NCBI RefSeq assembly: GCF_000195975.1
Contig: NC_005070.1
Location: 2,160,001-2,192,000 of the forward strand
Reading direction: 5' to 3'
Source of the DNA: Parasynechococcus marenigrum WH 8102
GTDB lineage: Bacteria > Cyanobacteriota > Cyanobacteriia > PCC-6307 > Cyanobiaceae
Length of the DNA stretch: 32,000 nucleotides
Below the pieces are notes generated by a model. The model was not told where the DNA came from and made no database searches. It saw nothing but the letters and a program-made list of their open reading frames with translations. This document shows, in pieces, positions 27,339 to 32,000 of the stretch (its first letter is position 1; each line of letters begins with the position of its first letter). Both the position numbers and the translations under genes were made by a program.

Positions 27339-29294
27339 CTAGATATTATCAATTAAATCAACAGCCGAGACTTCAGATACCTCGAGATCTACTCCCTCGA
27401 GAAGCAACCTCCGGGAACCATCAATCACAAGAAGCCCATCTCCAATCTTTCTGAATTGAGTTTCGTCAATGCTATCGACATGGACACGGTCAATCCCGAC
27501 TTGAAAGTCGAGAACCCGATCTAGCCCCCTCGAAGGCCGGAAAACGTCAGAACCTTTGCCCCCAGTTAGCAGGTCAACCCCTTTGCCTCCGTTGAGATGA
27601 TCGTCTCCACGTCTTCCGTTGAGAACATCATCACCATTTTTACCTAGAAGTCGGTTATTGCCATCATTACCAGTCAAAGCATTATTGCGCCGATCGCCAA
27701 ATGCGTCTGGATTTCCATAACCAAAAAGCCACACATTCTTAGCAGCGGAATTAACTAGATTGAGACGCACGTCAATGAGCGATACAATCTTGTTGCCCAA
27801 GTTTGCTTGTGTTTTATCGTCGAAAAATGGGGTAGAAACGGAAACAATTCCAGACTCCAACTGAGAGGCATCATGCGATACGAATCGATCTGCATTTTCC
27901 CCCCAACTAACGATTGAGCCATTGTCCTTCAAAGCTGCAAACGAAGTCCCGGAGCTGAAGACATGCACGACATTCGATTGCAAGCTTGTTTCTACAGAAC
28001 TGCTGTCACCACCTTTAGCTGGCGCGCCCCAGGCAACAACTGATCCATCATCCTTTAAAGCAGCAAATGCTGAATTATTAGAAAAAATCTCAACAACCCC
28101 CGAAGATAACTGACTGGAGACATTGGAGCTGTCTCCACCGGTTATTTCTTTTCCCCAAGTCACAACAGAGCCATCACTTTTTAGAGCGGCCATGGATTGA
28201 CCGGTCGAGTAGATCGACACGACGCCTGAACTGAGCTCTGACGTGACCTCAGCAGGCAAAATGTCTGGATCCTCTCGCCAACCACCCCAACTCACAACAG
28301 ATCCATCACGCTTTAAGGCAGCAAATCCAGTCCAGCATGAAAAAAGATCAACGACATCACCACTGATTTGATCGCGAACCGCCCGACTATCGCCGCCCTG
28401 ATAATAACGACCCCATGTCACAACGGATCCATTCTTTTTCAATGCCGCAAATGCCTTATAGGAGGGAACAACTTTTTCAATACCCTTCTTCAAGCGTTTT
28501 GAATCATTGTATAACTCCTGACCGGGCTCAAGACTGATATCACCATTGGGGAATACTCGATCAAATGTCACTTTTGTGTCATCCTCAACTTCATCCGAAT
28601 AACTCACTCGCCCCAACTCACCGCCGGACGTCTTGTTACCAATAACTTTTACTCTTCCGTCACCAAGCAGGAAGGCAAAAGCTTGATGATTCGCGATAAT
28701 TTGCGAGACGTTATTCAAACGCTCAACCAATTCCAGATCACTATCATCGCGCACGCTTCGATTACCCCAAGTAATTACACTCCCGTCGCCGCGAAGAGCC
28801 GCAAAAGTTTCACTCATATTGTCAATCTCGGTAAATGTTGACACAACTGATTCAACATTATTGATATTTTCTTGTGAGACTTCCCCAAAGGTTCCTCCTC
28901 TTTCAGGATCACCCCAAACAACCAAAGTCTTGTCGTCCTTTAAAGCGGCAAAGGCAGTGCCCGTAGAGAAGATATTCACCACTCCTCCTTTCAGGAGAGG
29001 TTTGACGTTTTCACTATTTCCGCCTTGCCTCCTATCACCCCATGTAATAACTGAACCATCTGTCTTCAACGCAGCAAATGCTTTACGAGTCGCAAAAATT
29101 TGTGCAACATCAGCATCAAGCTGATCAATGACCTTACTGGAATCACCACCAGTCTTTGGATCACCCCATGTCACGACCGATCCATCGTCGCGGATCGCTG
29201 CAAAAGCCGCCTTATTTCGTATCTCATACGCCGTTCGTCCTGATTCAGAAACGGGCGTTTTGGTGAACAGAATTAGAGGTTGAAGACCGTTCAA
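27339..29294 (-). CDS. RCC1/BLIP-II-like beta-propeller repeat protein with C-terminal RTX (hemolysin-type Ca2+-binding) repeats; probable type I secretion substrate.
   Basis: 651-aa ORF. Ten 'FAALKxDGSVvtWG' repeats are followed by GGxGxD nonapeptides. There is no N-terminal signal peptide. The start is TTG 29294, and there is no in-frame ATG in the first ~150 codons. Confidence 0.8.
   Translation of the reverse strand: MNGLQPLILFTKTPVSESGRTAYEIRNKAAFAAIRDDGSVVTWGDPKTGGDSSKVIDQLDADVAQIFATRKAFAALKTDGSVITWGDRRQGGNSENVKPLLKGGVVNIFSTGTAFAALKDDKTLVVWGDPERGGTFGEVSQENINNVESVVSTFTEIDNMSETFAALRGDGSVITWGNRSVRDDSDLELVERLNNVSQIIANHQAFAFLLGDGRVKVIGNKTSGGELGRVSYSDEVEDDTKVTFDRVFPNGDISLEPGQELYNDSKRLKKGIEKVVPSYKAFAALKKNGSVVTWGRYYQGGDSRAVRDQISGDVVDLFSCWTGFAALKRDGSVVSWGGWREDPDILPAEVTSELSSGVVSIYSTGQSMAALKSDGSVVTWGKEITGGDSSNVSSQLSSGVVEIFSNNSAFAALKDDGSVVAWGAPAKGGDSSSVETSLQSNVVHVFSSGTSFAALKDNGSIVSWGENADRFVSHDASQLESGIVSVSTPFFDDKTQANLGNKIVSLIDVRLNLVNSAAKNVWLFGYGNPDAFGDRRNNALTGNDGNNRLLGKNGDDVLNGRRGDDHLNGGKGVDLLTGGKGSDVFRPSRGLDRVLDFQVGIDRVHVDSIDETQFRKIGDGLLVIDGSRRLLLEGVDLEVSEVSAVDLIDNI
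27540..27680 (-). repeat. RTX nonapeptide (GGxGxDxUx) calcium-binding repeats, about 5 units.
   Basis: The stretch 'LTGNDGNNRLLGKNGDDVLNGRRGDDHLNGGKGVDLLTGGKGSDVF' (aa 539-585) is followed by 'VLDFQVGIDRVHV', a typical RTX C-terminal secretion-region context. Confidence 0.85.
27885..29210 (-). repeat. Ten tandem ~42-aa coding repeats (propeller blades).
   Basis: The FAAL cores sit at aa 31, 73, 115, 164, 206, 282, 324, 368, 410 and 452. Their spacings are 42, 42, 49, 42, 76, 42, 44, 42 and 42 aa. The consensus is aFAALKxDGSVvtWG-x6-GGDSs-V-x3-L-x2-gVv-iFSt. Confidence 0.85.
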
Positions 29295-29603
29295 AAGGCT
29301 TTTTTACAAGATCTAACTGATCCACTTTACACGAATCATCCATATGCCTTGGAGAAAGCGTCTGAAAGAGGAGTTAACCCTATGTTGTACAGCTAGTACC
29401 GCATAAACACGAACATCACCGAAGCGGGAACATGCTCATACTCGGGACGTGGTAATCAATCAAAAGATCGTCTCGGCGAGAATTCCTTTAGGGGAAATGA
29501 AGCACAATTGAGGGTGTATTCTGATGGCGACAACAAGACTCACCTGGGCAAAATAGGACTCATTTAACAATCATAGAAAATCGCATGAACTGAACAATGA
29601 ATA

Positions 29604-31331
29604 TTATTTCATGCCATAATTCTGGTCGCAACGGTCCTGTAATAGCTCCAGATAGGGGGTGCCTGAAAAGCCCTTTTCCCAAACCGACCGGCATCGTAAA
29701 AGGGTACTTTGGTCAAGTTCTGAGATTCGTCTCTTGATTTCCTGATCAGAAATTTGCAATCGAGATTTTTCTATCTCATGGGCAGCTCCTGAACCTTGTA
29801 TAAAATTATCTAGTGATTGATGATAATCAGACTTCATATCAACTGGTAAAATAGTATCGATAAAATCAGGCGATATGCTAATGCCAGTTATCCTGTTACA
29901 GCCTGGTCTGTTCTCCTTAAATGGAATTGGATCCGACTTTCCTCCAATATATTTGACTTGGTTAGCATGGGGCTTGAACATACGATATGAGTATTCGAGT
30001 ACAGAGCGATTATGACGATGCAGTACAACAGAAGTATGGGATTTAGAATAAAATTGTTTTTCGGAAGGCACGATAGCACCTGGTGCCTCAAATCCAATTT
30101 CTGTCAAATTTAAGTCTTGAGGATTACCTACAGCATCAATTACTCGGGCAGAAGATTGTCGAAACACAGGCGCATGACAACGCAGCTCAACAAGGTCAGA
30201 TCGGTAGGCAACAAAGCTTTTTACACTGCTTTTCAAGCGAAAATCAAGACCCCTGGATAATGGGGCTGAGAATTGATCCTCATGAAAACAGTTAACCCAG
30301 TTACAGGATAAACAATCAAAACCCTTGCAACTCTCTAAATACGATTCAACCTTCATGGGAAAGGGCTGAGCCACCCAGAACTCGTCAACATCTACAAACA
30401 AGCAATATGATGAATGTGTCACCGAAGCGGCATAATGATAAAGCTTTGAATACGAACTTCTCTGTGTCAACTCAACATGAACATCATCAGTGCTGATAAC
30501 ATGAATCCGGGGATCAGCAGCTGCAAGCTGCAGGGCAAAGTCGTAGGTCTTGTCGCTTGAGTTGTTAATACCAATGAATATATTAGAAAAACCAAGAAAG
30601 AGATAGTGGTGAACGAATTCGTGAAGATAAGGCGCTTCATCTGAAGCAATGCAAATAACATCGCAGCGGTAAGATTTAGGTATAGACCGATCACGCCAGA
30701 GCGAACGCGCTTCCAGAATTCGATGAGCGCTTAAATGTTGAAACTTAAGCTTCTGGATACCGCGCTTTGCCGTGAGAAGCTTTGACTCTAAATTAGATTT
30801 CCTCTTCGTTGACGATATCTTATTGGTTACTTGAGATTCAACCATCCGAAAGGCCCTTAAGAAAATATCGTCAGAATCCTCGAACACCCCGCATGCTAAT
30901 TGAGTTTCCAAGACCGCAGTGCAAACCTTGGAGTTAGCCTTCTTCTTGCTCATACATTTTCTCGCATACTGCAGCGCTAATTCATAGCGACCCATCATCT
31001 GCAATCCTCTCGCACCAATCCAAAGCAAGCTGTAACTATCCGGCTTGAATCTCAAAGCACGCCTCAACAATGATTCAAATTCCGAAAGATTCGCTTTGGA
31101 GCGCAAGGCTTTCAATCGACAAATATATAATTGAATATTATCCGAATTTGATAGCAGAAGTATTTCTGCAATCTTATCGGCATCACCATATAACTTATTG
31201 CGCATTAAAAGAGAAAAAGCCTGCCAGGCAAGAGAATGTCTTTTTGAAAGACGTAGAAGGTTAGAGTCTTTATGCAGCAAGTTTTGCAGGCTCTCAACAT
31301 CTTGAAGAGCAACGGCTTGACGGATATTCAT
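29604..31331 (-). CDS. Two-domain protein: an N-terminal TPR-like helical repeat region and a GT92 / Glyco_tranf_2_4-like glycosyltransferase domain.
   Basis: ATG start, 575 aa. Aa ~222-320, 'CDVICIASDEAPYLHEFVHHYLFLGFSNIFIGINNSSDKT...LFVDVDEFWV', has the NE-x-YL-EW-type N-terminal motif and a DxD (DVDEF, nt 30378-30392). Aa ~30-165 are amphipathic helix pairs. Confidence 0.7.
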   Translation of the reverse strand: MNIRQAVALQDVESLQNLLHKDSNLLRLSKRHSLAWQAFSLLMRNKLYGDADKIAEILLLSNSDNIQLYICRLKALRSKANLSEFESLLRRALRFKPDSYSLLWIGARGLQMMGRYELALQYARKCMSKKKANSKVCTAVLETQLACGVFEDSDDIFLRAFRMVESQVTNKISSTKRKSNLESKLLTAKRGIQKLKFQHLSAHRILEARSLWRDRSIPKSYRCDVICIASDEAPYLHEFVHHYLFLGFSNIFIGINNSSDKTYDFALQLAAADPRIHVISTDDVHVELTQRSSYSKLYHYAASVTHSSYCLFVDVDEFWVAQPFPMKVESYLESCKGFDCLSCNWVNCFHEDQFSAPLSRGLDFRLKSSVKSFVAYRSDLVELRCHAPVFRQSSARVIDAVGNPQDLNLTEIGFEAPGAIVPSEKQFYSKSHTSVVLHRHNRSVLEYSYRMFKPHANQVKYIGGKSDPIPFKENRPGCNRITGISISPDFIDTILPVDMKSDYHQSLDNFIQGSGAAHEIEKSRLQISDQEIKRRISELDQSTLLRCRSVWEKGFSGTPYLELLQDRCDQNYGMK

Positions 31332-31443
31332 GTCTTAATTACGGTACTTTCTATATTAGCTCAAATGATTTGATTCAATGCCAATATAGGACGCTGCATG
31401 CCAAGCAAACTGCCTTGACGCCACGCATCAGCAGTTAGCATGC

Positions 31444-31472
31444 TTGACAACGCTAGCTAGGACAATTAATGT
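31444..31472 (+). promoter_or_regulatory. Candidate sigma70-type promoter for the sulfotransferase gene.
   Basis: TTGACA (31444-31449), a 17-nt spacer, then TAATGT (31467-31472), which ends 19 nt upstream of the GTG at 31492. It lies in a 160-bp AT-rich divergent intergenic region. Confidence 0.35.
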
Positions 31473-31491
31473 ATAGTTAATTTTTTTATAA

Positions 31492-32000
31492 GTGCTTCAA
31501 ACAAAGGCTTGGATTTATCTTACAGTACAAAAGACAGGATCGACATTCCTTTCAAAAAAACTAATTGAGATTTACGGGCAAGCAGCATTTTCTAAAGACC
31601 GGAAACACGGCATACAAAAGAAATCAACATCTAAATCTAAAATCATCACAATCAGAGATCCATTCGATTACTACTTTTCATTATGGTCATATGGCCTTGA
31701 TGGAAAAGGGGGATTCAGCAATAAGTTAAGGATCTCAAATCCGAGTCTTGCCGAGAAAATATATGGAAAAAAAACCAAATCATGCTTCTCTCATTTTTTA
31801 GACCTAGCCCTCTCATTCCCAGGCAGAAACTCTCAAAGTGAGGTTAGCTGGCTACCTCGAAGTACTGATTTATACACTGCTCGAATTCTGACAATGCTTG
31901 TGCCTCAAGATAAAATTGAACGGTTTAGCAGTGAATTAGATTGCGACTTTTCTGGAAAGTCTATTGCAAAGTCACTCAATGAACTCTTGCCAGAAGTGAT
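31492..32000 (+). CDS. Sulfotransferase (PAPS-dependent, Sulfotransfer_2/3-like). It is 3'-truncated by the window end and is not in the supplied ORF track.
   Basis: My own translation of frame 1 gives (GTG)LQTKAWIYLTVQKTGSTFLSKKLIEIYG...KSKIITIRDPFDYYFSLWSYGLDG...LLPEV, open to nt 32000 and preceded by TAA at 31489-31491. 'QKTGST' matches the 5'-PSB loop and 'IRDPFDYYFSLWSY' the 3'-PB motif of sulfotransferases. Confidence 0.7.
   Translation, partial: MLQTKAWIYLTVQKTGSTFLSKKLIEIYGQAAFSKDRKHGIQKKSTSKSKIITIRDPFDYYFSLWSYGLDGKGGFSNKLRISNPSLAEKIYGKKTKSCFSHFLDLALSFPGRNSQSEVSWLPRSTDLYTARILTMLVPQDKIERFSSELDCDFSGKSIAKSLNELLPEV

Larger units (their letters stand above)
27240..32000. other. AT-rich accessory (probably horizontally acquired) island carrying cell-surface/secretion-type genes. 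Its right end is outside the window.
   Basis: The base composition and codon style change abruptly. Hand counts give 39/60 G+C for a core line (13201-13260), against 24/60 (29581-29640) and 20/60 (30541-30600) for island lines. No integrase or tRNA is visible at the left border. Confidence 0.8.

Noticed and set aside
1-32000. Scanned for CRISPR arrays, rRNA, tRNA, known picocyanobacterial sRNA motifs (for example the Yfr1 core ACTCCTCACAC), CIRCE elements, transposases, and reverse transcriptase or DGR components.
   Set aside because: None was found by eye. The intergenic space in the core part is too small for such elements, and the only large repeats are the coding repeats of the RTX protein. 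A computational scan (tRNAscan-SE, Infernal/Rfam, CRISPR finders) would be needed to exclude them formally.

Overview
High-GC cyanobacterial chromosome segment. Sampled 60-nt lines give about 65% GC. Gene content is NDH-1 ndhF/ndhD and ndhA-I-G-E, chlM, hrcA and small LuxR-type regulators, in a very compact layout. This fits a marine Synechococcus-type picocyanobacterium best, but that assignment is inference and I cannot name a strain. Nt 1 to about 27100 hold some 32 tightly packed housekeeping genes. Many junctions are overlapping or nearly abutting, and long antisense ORFs in this part are typical high-GC artefacts. At about 27.1-27.3 kb the composition drops abruptly; two sampled 60-nt lines give 24/60 and 20/60 G+C. 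The AT-rich accessory island that follows runs off the right edge of the window. It encodes three genes. (1) A 651-aa protein with ten ~42-aa 'FAALKxDGSVvtWG' RCC1-like beta-propeller repeats, C-terminal RTX calcium-binding nonapeptides and no signal peptide. (2) A 575-aa protein with a helical TPR-like N-terminus fused to a GT92/GT2_4-like glycosyltransferase domain with a DVDEF motif. (3) A divergently transcribed sulfotransferase ORF that is missing from the supplied ORF track because it runs off the window end. I consider this trio the best candidate for an uncharacterised system: a secreted or surface repeat protein with dedicated glycosylation and sulfation enzymes. A core cysC (APS kinase, the PAPS source) lies 12 kb away. 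No rRNA, tRNA, CRISPR array, integrase or transposase was recognised. Secondary oddities are a cysteine desulfurase whose conserved N-terminus lies upstream of any canonical start, a small ORF overlapping a LuxR gene convergently, nadK and a CYTH gene appended to the ndhAIGE operon, and several 1-4 nt stop/start overlaps.
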